DNA of 64,000 bases from the NCBI RefSeq assembly GCF_006345805.1, contig NC_043008.1:63054001-63118000 (forward strand), in the 5' to 3' direction. Numbering within the stretch: position 1 is the stretch's first letter; each line of letters opens with the position of its first letter. The notes below the pieces were generated by a model. That model made no database searches. It had not been told where the DNA came from and worked only from the letters and a program-made list of their open reading frames with translations. The stretch is from Octopus sinensis. Its lineage: Eukaryota. The translations under genes and the position numbers were made by a program. Shown here piece after piece: positions 13,035 to 25,120 of the stretch.

Positions 13035-13420
13035 CTCTTTTTACTCTTTTAATTGTTTCAGTCATTTGACTGCGGCCATGCTGGAGCACTGCTTTTAGTC
13101 AAGCAAATCAACCCTGGGATTTATTCTTTGTAAGCCCAGTATTTATTCTATCAGTCTCTTTTGCCGAACTGCTAAGTGACAGAGACATAAACACATCAGC
13201 ATCAGTTTTCAAGCAATGCTAGGGAGACAAACAAAGACACACAAACATATATATACATATATGCACTGGGCTTCTTTGAGTTTCTGTTTACCAAATCCAC
13301 TCACAAGGCTTTGGTCGGCCCGAGGCTATAGTAGAAGACACTTTCTCAAGATGCCACGCAGTGGGACTGAACCCGGAACCATGTGGTTGGTAAGCAAGCT
13401 ACTTACCACACAGCCACTCT
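13035..13420 (-). mobile_element. SINE family A, full length
   Basis: Tail, body and head all match 2225-2681. Confidence 0.9.
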
Positions 13421-14169
13421 AGCAACTTCTGCTTATGGCAGAGTATTTATATCTGAATTTTCTTCCTGACCCCAACCGTTTCACTAACTGTACTCAGAGT
13501 ATTATATATCATGATACCAACATTAATGAGTTTGCCTTTATGCTCACTGTGCCTTTGTCTCCACTCAGCCAGGGCAGTATGACTGACAAAGTGAACAGAA
13601 AAGGGAGCAATGATGAGGGGAAAGAAAAAACTTGAGTATTATAGGATAAACAAAGTAACAGGTGGTAAAAGTGTGGAAGATGATGGGAAAATATGATAGA
13701 CACTGCTTGAGAGTGTGATGGGAAAGCAGGCAATAATGGTAGAGCAAAATGTGAAAGAGAATGGCGGAGAGTAATGATAGAGAGATACTAATGGCAGTTA
13801 CACTTTTATTGGCAAAAGAGGAAAATTATGATGGGCAGTTGTAGAACAGGTTAATACTATGAGAGTGTGATGGATGTCAGTAATGAGTGACTAAGGGAAG
13901 ATAGAGAAATGGCTAGCAGTAAATAGAAGGTGTGTATAGAATACCAAAGGTCAGATACAAACTCTCATTTTCTAAGCATTGTAATTAGAAGAAGACCAGT
14001 GAAAAGAGATATAGATATCGGTAAGGAGATAAATACCATGTATTTCCTCTATCACAAGACACCTGTTTCAGCTCCTCCCTTTATAATCTAACCTCTCATC
14101 ACTTTGCATAAAGCTACATCTGTGTCTCTACAATTGTATCATTCCGTCAATGGGGATCTTAGTTTTGAG

Positions 14170-14375
14170 AAGTACATGGCAACTTCACTAGTGCTGGTGC
14201 CATGCAAAGTAAAAGTATCTAAAGCACTTTGTGAAGTAATTGGCATTAGGAAGGGAATCTAGCCATACAAACCATGTATTTAGAGCTTGACACAATCCTC
14301 CAACATTCCAGATCCAGCCAAACTGCCCCAGGCATGCCATCATGGAGGGTGGGCATCAAAATCTGACGATGATGA
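14170..14375 (+). mobile_element. RTE-tail family D, decayed
   Basis: ggcattaggaaggg...catggagggtgggcatcaaaatctgacgatgatg. Confidence 0.6.
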
Positions 14376-14552
14376 GGGTTGTCATCATTATTATTATTAT
14401 CATCATCATCATCATTGTCATTGTTGTCCTTATCACTGCAGACATCGTCATCCGTTTCCTAATCATCATCATCATCATCATCATCATGCGCACATGTATG
14501 TATATATGTGCAAATGTATAACTATATATATATATAAATTTAATCAAAGGAC

Positions 14553-14718
14553 ATACTAAGTATGTCTACCTCCTGGAAATCACAGTCAAAACTATTATTT
14601 AAATCACCAAAATAGACTGATAATACCTACATTCAAATATTTGGACTCACTAGATAATAATAGAGTCAAGTCAGTGATGTCTTCACAAATATTTTCTCCT
14701 AAATTATTTGCTCCGTAG
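14553..14718. mobile_element. Rearranged piece of the 37700-38250 family with an inverted junction
   Basis: 14553-14650 matches the reverse complement of the repeated segment (37751-37802; 38110-38250); 14650-14715 matches 37893-37950 in the forward direction. Confidence 0.6.
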
Positions 14719-14724
14719 TACATA

Positions 14725-14935
14725 TATATATATATATATATATAATATATATATATACATATATATATATATACATATATATATATACATATATTTATAT
14801 ACACATATATATACATGTATATATACATACATATATATATATATATATTATATATATATATATATATACACACACACATATATATATACATACATATACA
14901 TATATATACACACACCTACATTATTTATGTGTATG

Positions 14936-14971
<36 letters not shown>

Positions 14972-15000
14972 ATATATACATACACATGTATGTAATGTAC
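14725..15000. repeat. (TA)n/(TACA)n microsatellite tract
   Basis: Directly visible. Confidence 0.95.
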
Positions 15001-15289
15001 GTATATTGTATTATGTTCATTGAATTTGATTCCATCAAAGTAGGCTCCTTTCAAGTTTAGTACTAAATACATGATGCAAATGTTGAGTTTTATAAGCTTC
15101 TAATTAAGACTTGGCATGATGATCATTTCAACCTCTTTAGGGTATTACCAAGTAAACTTGGCACTTAATAATAGTCCTCACAGGTTGAAATGGTCATAGA
15201 ACCAACTGTGTAACATAAACGTGTATGTATTTGAGTGTGTGCACATATGTACATATGCATGTGTATTTATTTACGCTTGAGAGAAGTAT

Positions 15290-15540
15290 ACATCATCGTC
15301 GTCATCATCATCGTCATCATCATCATCCTCGTCGTCATCGTCATGTACCATCAACATTTACTGTCCATTTTCCATGCTGGCATGGGTTGGACAACTTGAT
15401 AAGAGCTGGCAAGGCCAGGACACCACACCAGGTTCCAAAGTTTGTTTCAGCTTAGTTTCCACAGCTAGATGCCCTTCCTATCTCTAACCACTTTACAGAA
15501 TTTAATGAGTGCTTTTTACATGGTGGCACCATCACCAGAT
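15290..15540 (-). mobile_element. RTE-tail family D variant with (GAT/GAC)n tail
   Basis: ttttccatgctggcatgggttggac...gatgcccttcct. Confidence 0.7.
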
Positions 15541-15547
15541 TACATCA

Positions 15548-15958
15548 TTACTCTTTTACTTGTTTCAGTCATTTGACTGTGGCCATGCTGGAGCACCACC
15601 TTTAGTCGAATCAAATCGACCCCAGGACTTATTCTTTGTAAGCCTAGTACTTATTCTATCGGTCCCTTTTGCCAAACCGCTAAGTAACAGGAACGTAAAC
15701 ACACCAGCATCGGTTGTCAAGCGATGTTGGGGAATAAACACAAACACACAAACATATACACACACATACATACACAAATATATATATATACATATATATG
15801 ACGGGCTTCTTTCAGTTTCCGTATACCAAATCCACTCACAAGGCTTTGGTCAGCCCGAGGCTATGTTAGAAGACATTTGCCCAAGTGCCATGCAGTGGGA
15901 CTGAACCCAGAACCATGTGGTTTCTTAAGCAAGCTACTTACCACACAGCCACTCCAAC
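15548..15958 (-). mobile_element. SINE family A, full length
   Basis: Matches the other family A copies. Confidence 0.9.
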
Positions 15959-16734
15959 ACCTATTACATAAATTCCTAATTTACTAGACTGTAATCTTTT
16001 TCATTTGGTCCTGCAGTCAACTGTATATGGTAGTGGAGCATATAAAGTCAACTGATTAAGTTCTGTTTACTTTGTAATCTACTAATGTTTGCTCTTGACA
16101 GAAAAACTGACTATATAAATATGTAGGGACCAGAAATGTAAAAGACCTCTGTCCTACACATACCAAAACATATATCAGATTGTACCCTCTTTGAACATAA
16201 GATTCTAGTGAGCATCGTATGTGTAAATTAGCAAACTATCAGAGTTGTTAGCATTTCAGGATGTATGATTTGTGGTATTTGTTTAGAGACACTCTGAGTT
16301 CAAATCCTGCCAGGGTAATCTCAGCATTATATATTTTTAAGGTCAATAACTAAAGTACCAATCCAGTGTACTGGCATGGTGGAATTGTTAGTACGTTGGA
16401 GACAATGCTTCTCTTTTGGTTCTGTGGATCTAAGTTCAAATCTTGTTTCTTGTAATGTCAGGAAAAAAAAAAGGGAGTAAAAAATAGCAAACACTGCTTT
16501 AGGAGTTCTAACGAACAGATAGTAATGGTAACAGAAAAGCTAAATGGAAGCATATATTGATTGCTCTGATTGGAAGCAATTGGTGCCATCTCCACCACCA
16601 CCAGCACCATGATTTTGTACTAAAATATATATGGTGAGGTGGAGGTGTGAAGATGTGTGGCCTAGTGGTTAGAGTCTTTAGCTCATAACCATAATGTCAA
16701 ATTCAATTTCTGGTCTTGACAGTGCTGACAGATG

Positions 16735-16858
16735 CATGCATGCATGCATGTATGTATGTATGTATGTATGTATGTATGTATGTATGTATGTATTATGTAT
16801 GTATGTATGTATGTATGTATGTATCTATGTATGTATGTATCTATGTATGTATATATGT
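16735..16858. repeat. (TATG)n microsatellite
   Basis: Directly visible. Confidence 0.95.
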
Positions 16859-16859
16859 C

Positions 16860-17410
16860 ATGTCACTTTCGAGTGCTACGGGTAACATATAACCCAGTAC
16901 AACCTGTTACATGGTCGGGTCGTCGGCGACTAAACTAGCAACCCCACCAAGCTTGCTTGGTGAGGAGGGGGTGTTTATTGGACACCCTGCGGGATGAAAA
17001 ACAAAACCCGTCAAAGGGTGGAGGAACTCTTGAGAGTCAACGGCCATCCAATAAATGTCTTAACGCTGTATCATGCTCAGGGACATAGAAATAATCGGAC
17101 TGAATACCCGATCACGCGATTAAACCATTGGGAGTGAAGGACTCCTAGCCTTTGTTAGGGCATCCTTCTAGGAGATGGTAACTCAGGTAACTGGGATAAC
17201 TCCGACATAAAACCTGCAGCTCAGTGGTTACCGATGATGTTGACTTCTTCTTTTCGGATTATGGCTGCTGTTGCTTAGTGAGTGGGATTGACTCAGTGCA
17301 CAGCCTTTCCTCACTTTAAAAAAATCTTCTTGAAAGGTATTGCATGATAACAACATTTATTAAGCTTCATGCAATGGCCATACTCGATAACGAGGGGGCA
17401 ACCACCATGT
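16860..17410 (+). mobile_element. Probable 5' UTR region of an RTE-clade LINE, CpG-rich and hairpin-rich
   Basis: agcaaccccaccaagcttgcttggtgaggaggggg...ccttctaggaga.ggtaactc...aaaacctgc resembles RTE 5' UTRs; no ORF follows. Confidence 0.5.
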
Positions 17411-18084
17411 ATGTATGTGTGTGTGTGTGTGCATGTGTGTGTGTGAATGTGCATATGTGTATGTCTGTAATAAATATTGAATCTGTATGAAGTTTTAAAA
17501 AAACTTGTAAGGTCTGCATGAAATATTTTTCTCTGCTCTGGATCGAAGTGGGTTGTTATAGTTTTGTTACATTGTTATATCAAATTACCATATTAAATTC
17601 TTCAATCAACTTTTCTTCTTTAGATTTAGATCTCTCCCTAAGATCTCCACTCCTATGAGTTATCACCATCCACTGAGTTGCACAAGTTCAAACTGAATAT
17701 TAACAGCATAATCTAAAGCTTATCTTTATAGTCCCGCTTAGCAAGGGCTTTAGCATTCTTTGGCCATTGCTGACAAGCTAACTTGTCAGATTAACTATTA
17801 GAATTTTAGCTATTTCCTGCCTTTTCATTTCCACCATGTATCCTCATCATTCATTCATATCTGACTTTCATCCATTGCATTCAAAATACATGCTTCAAAT
17901 CGAAGTTATCCTCACAACTCAGCTACGTTCTAAAATCATTATGTTTACATTACAGATATATTCAACAATTTTATTTCTCTCTGTTTAGGGGGTAAAAGTT
18001 CCACAGAATTGTTATATAGAAACGTTTCACAGAAGCTAATTGTTAATTACAGCTGAAAATGATAATTTTGTTTTTATTTAACAT

Positions 18085-18245
18085 CGTGGCTGTGTGATAA
18101 GAAGCTTACTTCGCAACGACATGGTTCCAGGTTCAGTCTCACTGCATGGCACCTTGGGCCGGTTCTTCTACTATGGCCTTGGGCCAACCAAAACTTTGAA
18201 TATGGATTTGGTAGATAGAAACTGAAAGAAACCCATCGTATACAC
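18085..18245 (+). mobile_element. SINE family A, head half
   Basis: gtggctgtgtgataagaagctt...ggttcagtctcactgc. Confidence 0.8.
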
Positions 18246-18409
18246 ACACACACGCACAGGCACGCACGCACACACACACACACAAACATACACGGTGCTG
18301 TGAATAAACTGTTGTCTAAATTATGCAAAAATGAAAATAGCACTGACATCTCATTTTGACAGATATATTTACCAAAATTACATAAAAATATCTTGAAAGG
18401 CTAAAGGGT

Positions 18410-19470
18410 AAATTTATTTAATAAAATTGCCATTCGCTTCAACCATGGCTTCCAGATGACTTCAATTCTTCTGGATGGTCTCCTTGTATAAGTTGGTGAA
18501 TGCTGCCATAATCCTTGCCTTCAGTTCATCTTTTGTGTTTTTGGAATTTTGTCGATCTCTCACTCACCTATGTCCCTCATATAATAATCAAGGAGTTTGC
18601 AGGTTGGGGAGTTAAGTGGCTAGATGTTAGGGGTGATGTGGTGGCAGAAATTGTCTGAAAGCCCACGATTGCATTCTCCTACTTGTGAGGCATGGTGCAG
18701 AGTCCTGTTGCTAGACTTAGGGCCTTCCAGCAGCCACCTTCTTGACCCAGAGCAGCACTACATCATCGATGTAGGCCTCCGTGTTGAGTCTGAGGCTGTG
18801 TGGGAAGATGAATGGGGGCATAATATTGCCATCACTAGTGATCACTCCAAATACCATGATGTTGACTGCAGGTTTGATTTTTATCACTCTCAGTACATGT
18901 TCTCAGATTGCAATGGGCCCAGATTGACACCCAAACACTCTGAAATGTTCGTATTGAAGCTCCCAGTATGCATGCAAAGCAGTACAGCATATCATTTCCA
19001 ATTTCTGGCAGAGGAATTGCACTATGGTGCTGTTTTTCTCACAGATGGTACCCAACTGACCCTACTATACTGTGTGCGGAGGTACATGGCCTAGTGGTTA
19101 GAGCAGCAGACTCACGGTCGAGGGTTCATGGGTTTGAATCTCAGACAGGGTGATGTGTGTGTTTATGAGCAAAAACACCTAAGCTCTACGCAGCTCCAGC
19201 AGAAGATAATGGCGAACTTCTGCTGACTCTTTCGTCACAACTTTCTCTCACTCTTTCCTCCTGCATCTTGCAGCTCACCTGCGATGGACCGCCGTCCCAT
19301 CCAGGTGGGGAACCTATACGCCAAGGAAACTGGAAAACCGACCCTTATGGGCCAGGTGTGGCTCGAGAAGGAACAAACAACTACGCTGTGTAGTGGACAA
19401 AATCAAAAACAGACAATGTGCATGTGTAAAATCAAAATCATGAAATGGTTACAATTTATCTATCACACCC
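18410..19470 (-). mobile_element. maT/DD37D-like Tc1/mariner transposon remnant, interrupted by a SINE
   Basis: Minus strand reads VNIMVFGVITSDGNIMPPFIFPHSLRLNTEAY...QQDSAPCLTS...NSP.C..LDYY...NTKDELKARIMAAFTNL...HLEAMVEANG; second copy at 53330-53870. Confidence 0.85.
19076..19380 (+). mobile_element. tRNA-derived SINE (OR-like family C) nested in the maT element
   Basis: A-box tggcctagtggttagagc, B-box gggtttgaatctc; flanked by actatactgtgt / actacgctgtgt as a TSD; the paralogous site at ~53780 is empty. Confidence 0.9.
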
Positions 19471-19479
19471 ATAAGCACT

Positions 19480-20212
19480 AGTGGTGTCAGCCTGTTTCCT
19501 CAAACAGCCATCGATAGTATGAACAACCTTCTGAAGAATGTCATCTGGAATATCATTGAGAACCTCCTGAATCCACGACTCCAGGTCCTCCAGTGTGTGA
19601 GGTTTTGTATTGTACATCTCCTCTTTTGTGTAACCCCATAGGTAAAAATCATATGAAGTGAGATTTGGACTTCTGTGGTCACTCTTCAGGTTTTTGATCC
19701 TGCATGTAATGCGGTTTCTACAGATGAAAATTCAATTCTTTATGCAACACTGTATTTATTGTGTGTCTTTTTAGTCCACATTCACGAGCTGCTTGACATG
19801 TTAATTTTTGCATGCTGTGATTAAACACTTCCTGTACTGTTGCCGCATTCTCCACTGATTGGGATGTAATTGGATGGTCATTTCTTTTTGCATGGTTCAC
19901 AGAGCCATGGTCATCAGCTTTGCATGACAACTTTTTATTGACACTAGATGTAGTGTTGCATGCTAATCTTTCCATGCATGCCACCATCTCTGAACCAAAA
20001 CAATTGAATTCCATGCTTCATAGCATGCTACTATGTTAGCTCACACCTGAACAGTCAAGCAACGAGCCATCAGGAAAATAAGAAATAAGAAATAAGAAAA
20101 TAAAAATTCCCCATTAGTGTTGCTTGTATAAAAAATGTTTTTGTCATATCTTCAGTGATACTAAAAATTCTTTAAGCAATTTCTAATGCCAAGTTTTTCC
20201 ACCCACCCTGTA
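19480..20212 (-). mobile_element. Tc1/mariner-superfamily transposon, internally deleted
   Basis: Minus strand reads SPNLTSYDFYLWGYTKEEMYNTKPHTLEDLESWIQEVL and QAARECGLKRHTINTVLHKELNFH; end TA-cagggtgggtggaaaaac. Confidence 0.85.
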
Positions 20213-20222
20213 TGTATATATG

Positions 20223-20282
<60 letters not shown>

Positions 20283-20294
20283 ATATATATATAT

Positions 20295-20331
20295 GCTAGC
20301 ATGGAAAGCGGACGTTAAATGATGATGATAT

Positions 20332-20389
<58 letters not shown>

Positions 20390-20611
20390 TATATATATTG
20401 CGAGGATGATCCGGTTCTTGACTGAAGATTGAAGGCCTTGAATGTCCCGTCCGTGTTTTTTGTAGCGTCTTCTAAATGTTTTGCGTTCTTGTGCCAGTTT
20501 GTATTTTTTTACATATACATATATATATGTATATATATATATATATGAATATATATATATAAATGTATATATATATATATGCTAGCATGGAAAGCGGACG
20601 TTAAATGATGA

Positions 20612-20664
<53 letters not shown>

Positions 20665-20802
20665 TATATATTGCGAGGATGATCCGGTTCATGACTGAAG
20701 ATTGAAGGCCTTGAATGTCCCGTCCATGTTTTTTGTAGCGTCTTCTAAATGTTTTGCGTTCTTGTGCCAGTTTGTATTTTTTTACATATACATATATATA
20801 TG

Positions 20803-20836
<34 letters not shown>

Positions 20837-20857
20837 ATATAAATGTATATATATATA
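20295..20857. repeat. Tandem duplication of a ~286-bp unit (2 copies)
   Basis: Units start at 20295 and 20581 (gctagcatggaaagcggacgtt...); I see two substitutions in the non-TA part. Confidence 0.95.
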
Positions 20858-21170
20858 CCAGAGTAAACACATAAATGTGAAACAAGGTGGGAAAAAGAGT
20901 ACTCAAATACCAGGGGTAGAGTAATATGCTTTATTTAAAAGCAGTAGAATTTCTGCTGCTTTTAAATAAAGTATATATATATATATATTGACAAAAATGG
21001 TAAGACAGCAAAAGAAAAAAAATGACCTTGATATTATGTAAATAGAGGAATTTATCCTATGGCTGGATAACTGAAAAGATGACGGCGGGGATTTCAACCT
21101 CAGCATCCGAAACTCAGAGTTTTATCATGGCTACTGAATAATTGTCACATATTACATTTACAGGTATATA
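20858..21170. mobile_element. Penelope-like terminal fragments joined by a hairpin, with a degenerate hammerhead
   Basis: 20-bp stem at 20929-20971; gauaa CUGAAAAGA...GAAA cucagag UU uuauc at 21066-21126. Confidence 0.5.
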
Positions 21171-21418
21171 TATATATATGTTTGGAAAAAAAAAAGTCAA
21201 GGTAGAAAATGCTAAAATAATTTTATAAAAAACATTTCAGTACTAGTTTCAGTCATTGAGAGTTTTTCAACTGTAAGTATGGAGAACAATTAAATTTTTG
21301 AAAAATTAAAAGAAAAGTTTTTTAAAAGAATATTTGCATAGTGTTCAAATACAATTGGCATTTTCCTTGTTACTTCCTGTTTCTGTCTCTCTTGTTTATA
21401 TATACATGCATACACACA

Positions 21419-21454
<36 letters not shown>

Positions 21455-21574
21455 TATATATAATATATATATATATATATGTATGTATGTATATAGATAA
21501 ATAGATGCGTGTGTGTGTGTGTGTGTGTATACATACATATATGTGTGTGTGTATATATGTATATGTATATATAT

Positions 21575-21810
21575 ATGTATATATCTATGTGTGTGTGTCT
21601 GTGCTTGTCGCCCACCACGAATTCACAACCAGTGTTGGTGTGCTTATGTCCCTGTAACTTAGCAGTTCAGCAAAAGAGATTGATAGTATAAGTATTGTAA
21701 AAAAAAAAAATAATAATAAAGTACTGAGGTCAATACATTCGACTATAAATCCTTCAAAGCAGTGCACCAGCATGGCCGCAGTATAACAACTGAAACCAGT
21801 AAAAGATAAA
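21575..21810 (+). mobile_element. SINE family A/B hybrid-looking tail half
   Basis: gtgttggtgtgcttatgtccctgtaacttagc...ccagcatggccgcagt. Confidence 0.7.
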
Positions 21811-22653
21811 TGGCAAAAAAATGAAGTGTTGTACTGAAGCTAATTGTTAATTGCAGCTGAGAATGATTATGTTTTTTCGTAAGAGTCTACAAAAATTAAC
21901 TTTTGTTAATATCTCTCAGCCTGAACTCAGAACATTGCTTCTGTTTATTATCCTTGCTTGTTTTATATCACCTTTCTTTCTTATTGGTTTATGTTGTTTT
22001 AATCCTGCGTACAGATACTACTTCATTGAATTCCATTATACACCAAATTCCATTCACTTAACATGAAACTTCAGACCTACCAACATCCACCACCACCACC
22101 ACCACCACCACCATCATCACCATTTTTCTTCCATTTATTTTACTATGATAATCACAAAATTTCAATTATTTTTTTTTCTTTCTTTCTCATGCAAACAGTT
22201 AGTTTGTAGTCTGTGATTAAGACTCTGCGTAAAGTTTCATGCTTAATTAAATATTCATTATCTGTCTCTTGTTTTTGAAGTTGCTTCGTCTTATTTGGTT
22301 AGCAATTTTTGCTAGAAATTTTGCTTCCCTTTATATTAATAAACACTTCACAAAGATTCATATCCCATTAGACTTTTCTATAGATTCCCAATGGAAGAAA
22401 ATACAGAGATTTGTTTAGAAACAGCTATACAATGGTTTTCTAGTTTAAAATTGAAAAGCAAAATCATAATTGGTTTTTATGGCATTTGCACTTTACAGCT
22501 TGACAAAATGGTTGTAAGCTTATATTTCGTGTCAGTAACCTCTCTGTTATATGGATAGGGTTCAGAGAAAACCTATAACATATGTATCAATTTAACTTAA
22601 GCAAAGGAAAACAAAATAATGCTATATAATTTATACATTGCATAAACTATTTG

Positions 22654-22965
22654 TGGAGGCCCAGTGGTTAGGGCAATGGACTCATGGTCGGAGGATTGTG
22701 GTTTCGATTCCCAGACCAGGTGTTGTGTGTGTTTATTGAGCAAGAACACCTAAAGCTCCATGAGGCTCCGGCAGGGTTGCTCACGACCCCTGTTGTACTC
22801 TTTCACCCCAACTTTCTCTCACTCTTTCTTCCTGTTTCTTGAGTAATGCTTCGATGGACTGGCATCCTGTCCAGCTGGGGGGAACACATACACCACAGAA
22901 ACCGGGAAACCAGGCCCATGAGCCTGGCTAGGTTTGAAAAGGGGGCATAAATAATAAATAATAAA
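22654..22965 (+). mobile_element. tRNA-derived SINE, family C variant
   Basis: ggaggcccagtggttaggg...ggtttcgattcccagaccagg; body shared with 19076. Confidence 0.85.
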
Positions 22966-23312
22966 CAATTTATAATAAGCTGTTATTAATGTGATATAAA
23001 AAGCAATAAATCAAATAAAGACTTGTATATATGCTTTGAACTGTTTATGCTGCTTTGGTCTCTGATGGGGCTGTTGTGAGCATGTCACAAACCTATTTAC
23101 TCCTTGCATCTTTTTGTATCAATTTTACTCATCCCACTGATAGACTACTGAGACTGAGGCACAGATAGATGAAACAGAGGGACCCATTGTGACAATAAAA
23201 GAAATAAGAGCACAAGACAAGTCAAAGGGAATCTCAGAACTCAGAAAATAGATCAGAAAATAAGGTATTAAATGGGGAATAGCCTAGAATGGCCAGTTAT
23301 CTTATTATTGAT

Positions 23313-23925
23313 CAGGAGTGGCTGTGTGGTAAGTAGCTTGCTTACCATCCACATGGTTCTGGGTTTATTCCCACTGTGTGGCACCTTGGGCAAGTGTCTT
23401 CTACTATAGCCTTGGGCTGAACAAAGCTTTGTGAGTGGATTTGGTAAACAGAAACTGAAAGAAGCCTGTTGTATATATATGTGTATGTATATAAATATAT
23501 GATAAATCTCAGAGCGAGTTATAAACAGTAGCGGTAACACATCGTGACGCATATTTGCCATTTGAATATGGCTAACCCCTAAGGGTCGATGCTACTGTAG
23601 TTTGTAGCCCCAGGAAGATATCTCCTCCAGCTGGCTATAGACACACTATCTGTGTCCTCTCAGTATTTGTGAAGGGAAGTCATGTATGTATGTATGTATG
23701 TATGTATGTGTGTGTATATATTTGTGTGTCTGTGTTTGTCCCCCCAAAATTGCTTGACAACTGATGCTGGTGTGTTTATGTCCCCGTAACTTAGTGGTTT
23801 GGCAAAAAAGACTGATAGAATAAGTACTAATCTTACAAAGAATAAGTCCTGGAGTCGAATTGCTCGACTAAAGGTGGTGCTCCAGCATGGCCACAGTCAC
23901 ATGGCTCAAACAAGTAAGGAGTAAA
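23313..23925 (+). mobile_element. SINE family A interrupted by a ~190-bp unrelated insert (23495-23685)
   Basis: Head 23313-23475; tail half 23690-23925. Confidence 0.85.
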
Positions 23926-24334
23926 TCAGTGAATGGACTTAAATCAGAAACAGAAGGCTTCATAATAGCAGCTTAGGAGTAGTGTCTGCCCACTAGAAAA
24001 AAACTTAGCCAACATTCTCAAAACTGGTACAGATCCTTCCTGCTTCTTTTGTAGTATAACCAGAGAAACAACTGACAATCTCATCTCTAGATGCTTTATG
24101 TTAGCCTCAAATAAATATATTAATTACCATGAAAAATTTAGTTAGTATTTGCACTGTATTACACACTGTAAGTTTAGACTTTCCTATGAGAAAATAGTGA
24201 GAATATAAACTTGCCAAAACTGCAAAAAATAAATAGATAAATAAATAAAGATATCATCATTCTTTGGGACTTCAGCATTCAAACTGATTGAACTATTCAG
24301 GCCAATAGATAGATGCTAGGGTAAAAAATCACAT

Positions 24335-24600
24335 TGATAAACTATCTTTATTCACAGATATTCTCAGCAGGTTGCAACACTTCTGTTTAAAAACATTCAA
24401 GATTTTAAGAAAATACAGAGACCTTGAAATAGAAATCTGAAAACTGGCATCAAAGTACAACAACTGTAGCTTTAGTCATCGAATAATTCTTAAACACTAT
24501 GGCTAAATACTAGGATCCCAAAACTATCAGAACTAAGGAGAATTATTCTCATGTGTATTGTTGGCATACTAAGAGAAATAATGTCAGCCTGAAAGTAACT
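24335..24600 (+). mobile_element. Decayed R4/Dong-type RLE fragment
   Basis: aaatacagagaccttgaaatagaaatc = KYRDLEIEI motif shared with 29390 and 41115. Confidence 0.6.
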
Positions 24601-24658
24601 GATTCTCTTAAAAATCTTTCAAAATCAAAAATATTAGAAATTTAAAAGAGTGATGAAT

Positions 24659-25070
24659 GAGTGACTGTGTGGTAAGTAGCTTGCTTACCAACCCATGGTC
24701 CTGGGTTCAGTCCCACTGTGTGGCACCTTGGATAAGTGTCTTCTACTATGGCCTTGGGCTGACCAAAGCCTTGTGAGTGGATTTGGTAGACGGAAACTGA
24801 AAGAAGCCCGTCGTATATGTGTGTGTGTGTGTGTGTATGTGAGTATGTTTGTGTGTCTGTTTGTCCCCTCCACCCCAGCATCGCTTGACAACAGATGCTG
24901 GTGTGTTTAAATCCCCGCAACTTAGCAGTTCAGCAAAAGAGACTGATAGAATAAATACTAGACTTACAAAGAATAAGCTCTGGGGGTCGATCTGTTAGAC
25001 TATAAAGGCGGTGCTCCAGCATGGCCACAGTCAAATGACTGAAACAAATAAGAGAGTAAAATAGTAAAGA
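24659..25070 (+). mobile_element. SINE family A, full length
   Basis: Complete head, body and tail. Confidence 0.9.
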
Positions 25071-25120
25071 GAAAATGTAGCTTTCTTTCTATACAATATA
25101 TTATTGCTAATCATAAATAA

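Noticed and set aside
16860-16945. HDV-like ribozyme at the RTE-like leader
   Set aside because: A P4-CUAA-like piece is present, but I could not build consistent P1, P2 and P3 pairings by hand.
19076-19150. tRNA gene
   Set aside because: A and B boxes are present but continue into a SINE body with a TSD. The same holds for the other tRNA-like heads.
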